Source: Planctomyces sp. SH-PL62 (GTDB lineage: Bacteria; Planctomycetota; Planctomycetia; Planctomycetales; Planctomycetaceae). From it: a stretch of DNA of 64,000 bases. The notes under the pieces were generated by a model. The model had not been told where the DNA came from, ran no database searches, and was given only the letters and a program-made list of their open reading frames with translations. The translations under genes were made by a program, and so were the position numbers. Below are positions 38,047-46,235 of this stretch, piece by piece (position 1 is the first letter of the stretch; each line of letters opens with the position of its first letter). The stretch covers positions 40,717 to 104,716 of the forward strand of contig CAMDEA010000004.1 in the NCBI GenBank assembly GCA_945893045.1, in the 5' to 3' direction.

Positions 38047-39651
38047 CTAATGGCTTAACGCGTACGTGATGATGTTCATGACAACTCGCGTCGCATCGTC
38101 GGCCGCGAGTCCTTTCGCGTAAGCGTTGGACTCGTGATTGACGCCGCTCATCAGATCGAACGGCGAATAAATGACGGCCAGCCGACCGTCGAGAAACAGG
38201 CCGTAAAACTCCGGCATCTCCAGCGTCGGGTCGTCGCGGAGCGCGGGAGGGGTGTATTCCACGCGGTCCACGGGATTCCAGCCGCTGGCAAATAACGGAT
38301 GCGTCGCGGGGAGCTTGATCAACTCGCCTTCGGGAATGACTTTTTTCAGTTCGCGCCGGAAACCGAGATCGAACGGCTTTAAGCCGGCCGCCGCGGTCGC
38401 GACAAGCATCCCGCCCCGTTGCAAGTAATGCCGCAGCCCTTCGACTTCCTCGCTGGTCAATTGAAAATCGTAGTGGCCGGTCATGAAGACGAGCGGAGTG
38501 TCGGCCAATTGTGGATCATCGAGCGACACCGCGACCGGCGAGTAATCGACCTCCAGCCCAGTATTCTCTTTGAGGTTTTGGAGCACGCTGTTTTGCAGCG
38601 CCGGGTTCACGTCCCAACTGCCGCTGTAGGAGACCATCCCAAACCGGAACACATCACCGGCGGCTGTCCGGCCGTCATAGACCGGAAACTCTTGAGCGAG
38701 AAAGCGGCCATACTCGGTCGCTCCCAGGACGTAGGCGACGATATTCACTCCGAGACGCAGTGCCGATTCGCCAACGAAATGTTTTCCCTGCGGATGATAC
38801 GGCTCGCTGCTCCAGGCGGCTCCCATGCCGACGGGAACCAGGATCGCGGCCGCTCGCGTGCCGATATCCAGCGTGTAGATGTCCGGCGGCTGCTGAAATT
38901 GCACGCCATTCACCAGAGTCATCAACTGCTGCACGCGGTATCGCGAGTTGAATAACGGATGATCCTGCGGTGCGCGCATCAGCCGCTTCTGCGGAAAAAC
39001 TTTTCGCATCTCGCGAGCCACCGCCTGCGAGAACTCATCCCGCCCGCGCGCGGCGTTGAACAGGATCGTGCCCCCCTCGGTTAGAAACTTGCGGAGGTTC
39101 TCGACTTCTTTCGGAGTGAACGTGAAGTCGTAATCGCCGGCCATGAAGAGCAACGGGATATCGACCGGATCAAATCCGGGACTCGCGAGCGGCTTTGTGG
39201 CGTACTGATAGTTGTTGCCGTCAGCCAACCGCGCGTTGACTGTGGACATCAGGTAGGAGCCGTCATTCGGAAAGCTCTTCCACTGCTCGAACTTTTGCAC
39301 GGTGCCGTCGGTGTGAACGTACTCCAGCGTTTCGCCGTATTCGATCTTGTGCATCACCGTGAGATTCGTCGGCGGTGGCGGCGTGCGAGTCTGCGTTTTC
39401 CGCTGGCCGGGACCGGGGTCGGGAATCACACCGGTATCTTCGCCGCTGGCCTCCATCTTCTGCGGAGCCTTCACCGGCGGCGGAGGAGGCGCTTCGGCGG
39501 GAGGAAAGTTGACTCGCCGCTGAGCAAACGCTGTGGAAGACGAACCGATCCAGATGCCGAACAAGATCAGCGTGCCGAGAAGTAGCCGAACTCGTGAGAG
39601 TTCGGACCGAAGTCTCACGACTTCGGCTACAGAACAGATTGTTTGCATCAT
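38047..39651 (-). CDS. Tandem DUF4159 domain protein, secreted
   Basis: Two copies of P(L)xFMxGxYDF..EVExLRx(F/Y)LxxGG..HPLF..NI; ATGA overlap with the upstream stop. Confidence 0.88.
   Translation of the reverse strand: MMQTICSVAEVVRLRSELSRVRLLLGTLILFGIWIGSSSTAFAQRRVNFPPAEAPPPPPVKAPQKMEASGEDTGVIPDPGPGQRKTQTRTPPPPTNLTVMHKIEYGETLEYVHTDGTVQKFEQWKSFPNDGSYLMSTVNARLADGNNYQYATKPLASPGFDPVDIPLLFMAGDYDFTFTPKEVENLRKFLTEGGTILFNAARGRDEFSQAVAREMRKVFPQKRLMRAPQDHPLFNSRYRVQQLMTLVNGVQFQQPPDIYTLDIGTRAAAILVPVGMGAAWSSEPYHPQGKHFVGESALRLGVNIVAYVLGATEYGRFLAQEFPVYDGRTAAGDVFRFGMVSYSGSWDVNPALQNSVLQNLKENTGLEVDYSPVAVSLDDPQLADTPLVFMTGHYDFQLTSEEVEGLRHYLQRGGMLVATAAAGLKPFDLGFRRELKKVIPEGELIKLPATHPLFASGWNPVDRVEYTPPALRDDPTLEMPEFYGLFLDGRLAVIYSPFDLMSGVNHESNAYAKGLAADDATRVVMNIITYALSH
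39582..39630. repeat. REP doublet (family C) in the signal-peptide-coding region
   Basis: gtagccgaactcgtgagagttcgg-a-ccgaagtctcacgacttcggctac. Confidence 0.9.
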
Positions 39652-41330
39652 GGCAGGCTGACCTCGATGGTCGGTTTCTTTTCATTCGGATTGGCACGAT
39701 ACCAACCGACCTCCGGCGTGACTGTCACCGACTTCAAGATTTTCCGCTCCGTGCCCGCGGCCTGTACCGGCCCAACAATGTTGAGTTGATACGCCGGAGT
39801 GAGCTGGAGTTTCGCATCCGCGTCGTATTGCCAACTCCGCACGATGAGCGGTTCCAACGATTGCGGCAACGGAGTGAAGCCGTTTTTCAACACCGGTGCC
39901 GGCGAGTTGCGAATGTTGGGATCTTGCGCGCCAGCCGGTAAGGGCGTAGCCGGTTGCGCTGTCTTCATCTCGACGACCAATCCCAAAGGAACCTGCCCGC
40001 TGACTTGGGCCACCACAAAGTTCAGCATCTGCACCGCCGGCAAACGCGGCTTTCCCGCGACGGTCGGAGTCGGAGCCCACCCCGGTGGGAAAGTGATGTC
40101 TTGAGGCGTTATCGGCGAATTGATCAAGGTCAACGGACCAGTCGCCATGTAGATCTTGTACCCATTGGGATTGGGGACCATGTCGCGGATCACGAGATTC
40201 GTCATCTGGATCGTCGCGCCGCCGTGATAGTAGGCCGATTGCGATCCAGCGATCGTGATATCTTCCAACGTCCCCGCCGCGCTGGTCAGCGTCATGCCGT
40301 GCGTGCAGTCCTTGATGAGCAACTGCTTGACCATGAATCCGCTGCCGTACCAATACAGACCCTGAGCACATTTCTCGATCACGTTGTTGGTCATGATGCA
40401 CTCCGGCTGGCCGTAGCAGGTGATGCCGCTCGGATAGTTGCCGCGGATGGTGTTGCCTCGGACTTCAATCAACTGACAGCCGATGAGGTAGAGGGCCGGT
40501 TGTGGCACGGGAAACGGGTCGTCTCGCTCGAACTGGTTATCCGCCACGACGGCGGAATCACACGAGGTGATCATGAGACGGCTCATGCCGCCGAACCGGT
40601 TCTTGATCACGTTGATCCGCTCGCCCGGCTTGGCACCAGTGTTGTCGATGCCCGTCGGCTGAGCGTAGATGTTGATGAGTTCCGCTCGTTGAATGTCGAA
40701 CGTCGATCCGGTCGCGGCTTCCAAGATCGCCGTGGGATCGGGCTGAGGCATTCCCGCTGGGACTTCTTTCTTAGGCGGCCGCGAGACGATCGCCGCATTG
40801 CGCTTTCCTTGAGGCAGGCCCAGCCGCCCCGATACGACGAAGCCGCCTCCCTTGGCGATCTTGAGCATCCGCTGTTCGGGGTCTTCGGCCACGAGCCGGA
40901 ATTCGTGCTGATCCTTCGCCGACTTGGAAGCATCCATGCGGATGTAGCCGTAGCTTTCCACGAGACCATTCGCACAGAGCACGATCGGTCCCGCCGCGAC
41001 TTTGAATTGCAGCACGGCTCGCGGATCGAGCGACAGTTGTTTGCAAGTGATCTGCGCCTCGTCATTGCGGTTGAAGGTCACGGTGTCATCGCGCGCAATC
41101 ACGACATCGTCGTCCGCAACAGGAACCTTGCCGCCGCGCCACGTCGCCGGGTCAGTCCAGTCTCCACCGCCGGATGCGTTGGAATAGATCTCGTCGGCGA
41201 AGCCGATCCCGGCAGCGCAAACAATCGTAGCCACGCTCGCCAGAGCGTGGGTGTATTGCCGTTGAACATCCCACGCTCTGGCGAGCGTGGCTACCATCGC
41301 GATTGTGAATCGGCTCAGCGATTTATTCAT
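39648..41330 (-). CDS. Secreted G8-like and parallel beta-helix protein
   Basis: GGDWTDPATWRGGKVP..DDVVI; repeats VADNQF, VRGNTI, MTNNVI; ATGA overlap at 41327-41330. Confidence 0.72.
   Translation of the reverse strand: MNKSLSRFTIAMVATLARAWDVQRQYTHALASVATIVCAAGIGFADEIYSNASGGGDWTDPATWRGGKVPVADDDVVIARDDTVTFNRNDEAQITCKQLSLDPRAVLQFKVAAGPIVLCANGLVESYGYIRMDASKSAKDQHEFRLVAEDPEQRMLKIAKGGGFVVSGRLGLPQGKRNAAIVSRPPKKEVPAGMPQPDPTAILEAATGSTFDIQRAELINIYAQPTGIDNTGAKPGERINVIKNRFGGMSRLMITSCDSAVVADNQFERDDPFPVPQPALYLIGCQLIEVRGNTIRGNYPSGITCYGQPECIMTNNVIEKCAQGLYWYGSGFMVKQLLIKDCTHGMTLTSAAGTLEDITIAGSQSAYYHGGATIQMTNLVIRDMVPNPNGYKIYMATGPLTLINSPITPQDITFPPGWAPTPTVAGKPRLPAVQMLNFVVAQVSGQVPLGLVVEMKTAQPATPLPAGAQDPNIRNSPAPVLKNGFTPLPQSLEPLIVRSWQYDADAKLQLTPAYQLNIVGPVQAAGTERKILKSVTVTPEVGWYRANPNEKKPTIEVSLP
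41227..41294. repeat. REP doublet (family B) in the signal-peptide-coding region
   Basis: gtagccacgctcgccagagcgtggg..cccacgctctggcgagcgtggctac. Confidence 0.92.
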
Positions 41331-44116
41331 GGCCGCTCTCCCGGAGATGACCCGTCGATGAAGTTGCTCAGCCAATGCAATTCTTCGTCGGAGACGGCGC
41401 GCACTTGGAACCCGTCGATCTCGCACGCTCCGGTCAGCAGATAACTCATCACGATGCGGCCATCCAAAGCTTGCGGTGGGGCATCAAGCATGTATCCCAC
41501 TTTCCGCCAGGCTCCATACGTCCGCTCCACGAAGTAGGTGCTGGTCCCTTTCACGGGGACCGTGTCGTTGCCTTGGCCGTAAAGGCTCAGCGAAACGTGC
41601 GAGTTGAATCCGGGATACGCCGTCAACAAGTCTTCGCGATACCAGCATTCGACCCAGTAATGACCGCTCGTGGTCAGGTTCGGCAACGGACGTTCGAGCG
41701 TCAGGTATCCCAGATAAACCGGATGAGCTTCCAGCAATCCAACGTGCGGTCCCGACAGCCCCAGGCCGCGCGCGAACTTCAGATTGACCGGCTTGCCGAA
41801 CCACTGCGGTTCTTCCGGCTCGAAGCCACTGACGACATCGGCGAACGGCGGCAACTTCGGCGAACCTCCGTCCGTCGGAGGGACAGCGCGAGCCAGACGT
41901 TCCTCGAACTGTTTCTTGCGATCGGCCAATTTCTCTTTCTCGAAGTATTTGGGAAATGCCTGTTCCAGTTGAGCGAGCCGTTTCAGTGCTTCAGTCATCT
42001 GACCCATGCGAACCAGACATTCCGCCATGCCATGCAGCGTGCGGTCTCGATAGCCGGCCCACTGTCGCAGTTGCAGCAAGACTTCGTAGTTCCGCAGCGA
42101 GGCGTCGTACTTTCCGGCGACACGATCCGCCTCGGCTCGCAGGAAGCGATACAAGCCTTCGAGCTTTTGATCCGGGTAATTCAACTCAATCTTGTCGAGC
42201 AACAACCGAGTCTCGCGGATGTCTCCCGTCCGCAGTTTTTGTTCGGCGACTCGCAACAGCGCCCCGCGTGTGACCGCTTCGGATTGCGCGGTCGCCAGGA
42301 ATGCGTCCCCGCCCAACGTGGCGGCTATGCGGTACAGCTCGCCGGCCGCTTTGATCTGGCCGGCTTCCGCGAACAGGTCGCCGCGGTGGATCGCCACGAG
42401 GCGCATGTCGGGATGTTCGAGGCGACGATGCTTTTCCAAGATCGCGTCGAATCGCCGCGCCGCTTCATCCAGGTCTTTGAATTGCCGATGCACGATGTCC
42501 GTCGCCGTCAGTTGGATTCCCACTTGCAGCGTCGGCAGCTTGTTGAATTCTTGATTGGCCTGTTCGAGCACCTTCTCCATCTCGGCTTTGCGACCGTTGT
42601 GTCCCAGAGCGGTGATCAACGACTTGAACAACTCGGCGCGAAATTGCGGATCGAGTCCCAGTGCGGCCAGGCGATGCTTCGCCAACTTTTCCAGGAGCGG
42701 CCAACGCTCCGGTGCTTCCGACGACATCAGCAGATCCAAGATCCGATCCTGCCGCTCGGCCGAAAGCTTTTCGACTTGAACGTCGGCCGCTAATTCTCGA
42801 ATGACGTATCGCATGGAAAACGGACTGATCGAACCCGGTGCTCCCCACACATGCACTCGGCGCTGAAACTGCGGCAACGATCCTCCGCCCGACAACGTCA
42901 CCACATAATCGCCGGGAGCAAAGAAAACATGCCGCACGCTCCGGCCGACCGCTTCCGTGCCGTCGCCGAAATTCCACTTGAGTTGAGTTTCCTCCGGCAA
43001 ATCCCCCTGAGCTTCAAAGCGGACGAGATACAGCGTCGAATCGCCAGACGTCACCAGCGAATCATCAATGCCGTAACCAAACGACGCGCCGGTATTTGGA
43101 CCGGCCACTTCCAACGTGGCGACGTGAGCGTAATCCGGATGCACGAACATGTCGCGCGGCACATAGGCCCAGACTTTCGCGGCCGGCGGAACCCACAACA
43201 ACGAACATCCGCCGTAAGTGCCGGGGCTTTCCTTCAGCACATGAAACATCTCGATGGGATGCACGCCGGCCTTCAGTTCAATCTCCGCTCCGATGGACTT
43301 CGTCGGAATCGAACCGGTCAAGCGTTGATTCGATCCGGGCCGGTCGCAAACTTTGAAGCCGTCGATGAAGAGAAACGACGCGTCCTCAGAGTTCACGAAG
43401 AACCGATACACGCCGTCGGCTTTGATATTCAAGTGCCCGCGATACGTCACCGCGTAATCACGCGGATTGGCCGGGCGAACGGGATTGCTGTTCTGTACCA
43501 TCTCCGAGACAAGCCCATTCGCCACGACGGGGTCGCTCTTCGTCAGCCCGTCGCGAACCGCCGTCCAATTGGAAATGTCGGTCCCCTTCCAGTCACGAGC
43601 CTCCAGGACGATCCCTTCGGGAATCGGCGCGGCGGCTGCCGGCGGCGCGGCGGGATTTCTGGCATGAACCCAGTACCAGACGTCCGCCCCATGCCGCGGA
43701 AATTGAATCAGCGTGTCTCCATGAGGAGCATGAGACAGCACAGCCACCGGCAGCGCAGTTCCATCGGCACAGACGACCGCGACATCCGATCCATCAGGCT
43801 TCAACCAGCCACCGGTTGGCAACCGAGCCACGATTGACTTCGATGTCGATTGCGCCGGACTCAAACCCATCAGTCGGAGCGTGTATCGCAACTGATAACC
43901 ATCGAGCCAAGCGGGCTGTTTCTCCGGCAACAGTTCGACGACGTTCTTCTGCGGCTCGGCAGGCGCTGCGGTGGCCTGTGCGAAAGCCGCAACCAAGTAA
44001 CCCGAAGCGTGAGCGAGGGCGAGCGCTCCAAGCAGCATGAATTTCGACAGCATCCGCGTCACGTGGCGCATCCGCCCTCGCTCACGCTTCGGGTTACATG
44101 TCGAATACCACTGCAT
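41327..44116 (-). CDS. Secreted PA14, PKD and TPR-repeat protein
   Basis: YRGHL..GVYRFFVNSEDASFLFIDG (PA14), WNFGDG..PGDYVVTL (PKD), helical TPR-like region; ATG 44116 with GAGGT RBS. Confidence 0.82.
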   Translation of the reverse strand: MQWYSTCNPKRERGRMRHVTRMLSKFMLLGALALAHASGYLVAAFAQATAAPAEPQKNVVELLPEKQPAWLDGYQLRYTLRLMGLSPAQSTSKSIVARLPTGGWLKPDGSDVAVVCADGTALPVAVLSHAPHGDTLIQFPRHGADVWYWVHARNPAAPPAAAAPIPEGIVLEARDWKGTDISNWTAVRDGLTKSDPVVANGLVSEMVQNSNPVRPANPRDYAVTYRGHLNIKADGVYRFFVNSEDASFLFIDGFKVCDRPGSNQRLTGSIPTKSIGAEIELKAGVHPIEMFHVLKESPGTYGGCSLLWVPPAAKVWAYVPRDMFVHPDYAHVATLEVAGPNTGASFGYGIDDSLVTSGDSTLYLVRFEAQGDLPEETQLKWNFGDGTEAVGRSVRHVFFAPGDYVVTLSGGGSLPQFQRRVHVWGAPGSISPFSMRYVIRELAADVQVEKLSAERQDRILDLLMSSEAPERWPLLEKLAKHRLAALGLDPQFRAELFKSLITALGHNGRKAEMEKVLEQANQEFNKLPTLQVGIQLTATDIVHRQFKDLDEAARRFDAILEKHRRLEHPDMRLVAIHRGDLFAEAGQIKAAGELYRIAATLGGDAFLATAQSEAVTRGALLRVAEQKLRTGDIRETRLLLDKIELNYPDQKLEGLYRFLRAEADRVAGKYDASLRNYEVLLQLRQWAGYRDRTLHGMAECLVRMGQMTEALKRLAQLEQAFPKYFEKEKLADRKKQFEERLARAVPPTDGGSPKLPPFADVVSGFEPEEPQWFGKPVNLKFARGLGLSGPHVGLLEAHPVYLGYLTLERPLPNLTTSGHYWVECWYREDLLTAYPGFNSHVSLSLYGQGNDTVPVKGTSTYFVERTYGAWRKVGYMLDAPPQALDGRIVMSYLLTGACEIDGFQVRAVSDEELHWLSNFIDGSSPGERP
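43997..44097. repeat. REP doublet (family A) whose spacer encodes the hydrophobic leader core
   Basis: gtaacccgaagcgtgagcgagggcg..cgccctcgctcacgcttcgggttac. Confidence 0.92.
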
Positions 44117-44124
44117 TCCACACC

Positions 44125-44829
44125 TCACTGCGGCTCGTAAGTGATCCGCAACTTCCAAAGTTTGGCACCATTCCAAAATGGCGAATGCGTGCGGAACCAG
44201 CCCATCGCTTCATCGGTTGTGATCTGCCAGCCGAAATTCGGAACGGTTCCCGAATACCACAACTCGACGTCTTCCGTGACGTTGAAAGTATGCTCGCCCG
44301 CGCCTTGGATTGAAGCCGAGGCCGTCGCCTTGACGGCTCGGTCTTGTCCCAGCCCCAAGGCACCTGGTGTGTGCCATTCCAAACGATTGGGTCGCGTGAT
44401 GCGATACTGGTGTGAGACGCCCGCACCCCAGCCCTGCAAGATACGGCGAACCTGCACGCGAACGCCGGTCGCGGGATAGACCTGAGCGTACGGCACGACC
44501 CATTCCGCCTTTGTGATCCGCTGACCGGGCGGAATCTTTTCGAGCGGATAACGGATCAGGAACGACGTCTTGGGAGTCAGGTCAATCTGATGATTGCCAT
44601 ATTCTCCGTTGGCATTCACGACCGCCGCCCAACTCATCCGCGGAGCATCCTCCGAGATCGCGGCCATCAGTTCGCAATCGGCGTCGGTCAGCACGATCGT
44701 CTTCGCCGACGCGGTTGATGCCATCAGGACGAGCAGCAGCACAGCCAAGTAGCCACGCTCGCCAAGAGCGTGGGTTCTCACGAATTCGCCCACGCTCTTG
44801 GCGAGCGTGGCTACCGAAGGATGACTCAC
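44125..44829 (-). CDS. Secreted DNRLRE-like (disaggregatase/CBM96-like) domain protein
   Basis: LIRYPLEKIPPGQRITKA, WHTPGA, FNVTEDVELW..NFGW, KLRITY; GTGA overlap. Confidence 0.7.
   Translation of the reverse strand: MSHPSVATLAKSVGEFVRTHALGERGYLAVLLLVLMASTASAKTIVLTDADCELMAAISEDAPRMSWAAVVNANGEYGNHQIDLTPKTSFLIRYPLEKIPPGQRITKAEWVVPYAQVYPATGVRVQVRRILQGWGAGVSHQYRITRPNRLEWHTPGALGLGQDRAVKATASASIQGAGEHTFNVTEDVELWYSGTVPNFGWQITTDEAMGWFRTHSPFWNGAKLWKLRITYEPQ
44749..44814. repeat. REP doublet (family B), 66 bp, in the signal-peptide-coding region
   Basis: gtagccacgctcgccaagagcgtggg..cccacgctcttggcgagcgtggctac. Confidence 0.92.
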
Positions 44830-46235
44830 GGCATCTTCTCCACGGGGACATACAGCTTGCCGAACTTCGGCGACCAGGCGATCGCTTCGACCGTCGGGTT
44901 ATTGACCGTCATCTGCACGGCCGACGGTTTGAATTTCCCTTCGGCGTCCAAGTCGATCAGACAGATGCGCCCATTCGCTCCGATCGCCAACTGATTGGCT
45001 TTTTCCAAGACCAACGGAGTGCTGTAATACACGAAGTTGTCGTTGGTCATGGTCTGCGGGGCCAGCGTGAGTTGCCCATCGGCGTGCTCCATCCGATTGA
45101 TGCGTCCGTCGTAAATCAGCGTTGCGATATAGATCGACGGAACGGTCGGATGCACGGCGACTCGGTAGCGATACGCGGCATACGGCTGAACGTAGAAATA
45201 ACAGTAGCGCCCCAATCGGTCGGAGAGCACCCAACTGACCGGACCGGAGTGACCCGCCAGAAAAACGGCATCGTCATTGAAGGGGGCGTAGCTGTACGGA
45301 GCCGGCACACTGGCGAACGAGTAGGTGGTCGCCTCCATGTACTTTCGCAAGACGAGCGGCTGCCCGGCGGCTTTCGATTGTTCGATGGCCGCGAGCTTCG
45401 CGATTCGCGCCGCATTGGCGGCAACAGGATCAAGCGGCGGAAGCGGCACGATGGGCTTCACATCTTCCGGCGGCGAATTCGGCGGAGCGAAGGCCGGCAA
45501 TCCGTCGGGATCGAGCACGAACCAGCCGATGGTCGTGACCAGTTTCTTCGTGCGATCCAGTTGCTGCATGTTGGGAACGTACAACCGCGTTATCGCCGAG
45601 TTCAGCGCGAATCCGCCAGCCAGCGCTCCGCAACTGAAGTCCGCTCCGCGCGCCGTGGCGAAGATGAGCTTCGGTTGCGGTTCGTCGAGACCGTAGATCA
45701 ACAGATGATCGAACTCGGCCGAGACGGCCGGATCGGTCCGCTTGTCGTCGGGCAACGGTTCGACATCGTGCCAGACATAAAGCAGCGGCAGCCGAGGATG
45801 ACACAGCAGACCGAGCACATGGTTCGGTCGCGCACTCAACGCAGCCGGCTTCGGCAACGTGATCGTCACCGGATCGCCGGCAACGATTTGTCCCTGAGCA
45901 TCCAATCGGAAGAGCGACACATGCGCTGGAGATTTCGGACGATGCGCCACGGCGAGCACGCCGGCGACATCATTGACCGCGACATGCCTTGCAGCCGGAG
46001 CAACCACGGTGGCCACAAACGGCAACGGAGTTTCCGGGACGGTGCGCACGCGAATTTCACGCTGCGCGAATGCGGGATTGGCCGCACTGATGAAGCAAAA
46101 CAAGACCGCAACGGCCCGCTTGAATTCTGGCAGAACGATGTGGGCAGAACGATGGGAAGAAAATGATTGAGTCACCTTGTTTGACTGCATCATTCTTGTT
46201 CCCATCGTTCTGCCCACATCGTTCTGCCAATTCAC
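44826..46235 (-). CDS. Secreted beta-propeller protein (lactonase-like), function unknown
   Basis: HPRLPLLYV, RLYV, HPTVPSIYI, WSPKFGKLYV blade motifs; GTGA overlap with the upstream stop. Confidence 0.7.
   Translation of the reverse strand: MNWQNDVGRTMGTRMMQSNKVTQSFSSHRSAHIVLPEFKRAVAVLFCFISAANPAFAQREIRVRTVPETPLPFVATVVAPAARHVAVNDVAGVLAVAHRPKSPAHVSLFRLDAQGQIVAGDPVTITLPKPAALSARPNHVLGLLCHPRLPLLYVWHDVEPLPDDKRTDPAVSAEFDHLLIYGLDEPQPKLIFATARGADFSCGALAGGFALNSAITRLYVPNMQQLDRTKKLVTTIGWFVLDPDGLPAFAPPNSPPEDVKPIVPLPPLDPVAANAARIAKLAAIEQSKAAGQPLVLRKYMEATTYSFASVPAPYSYAPFNDDAVFLAGHSGPVSWVLSDRLGRYCYFYVQPYAAYRYRVAVHPTVPSIYIATLIYDGRINRMEHADGQLTLAPQTMTNDNFVYYSTPLVLEKANQLAIGANGRICLIDLDAEGKFKPSAVQMTVNNPTVEAIAWSPKFGKLYVPVEKMP
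46128..46229. repeat. 102-bp GGCAGAACGATG-type hairpin in the leader-coding region
   Basis: tggcagaacgatgtgggcagaacgatgggaa..ttcccatcgttctgcccacatcgttctgcca; ATTC on both flanks. Confidence 0.9.

Noticed and set aside
46124..46233. ATTC flanks as a true target-site duplication
   Set aside because: Removing the element plus one ATTC (106 bp) would put the GTG start out of frame, so a duplication is not claimed.
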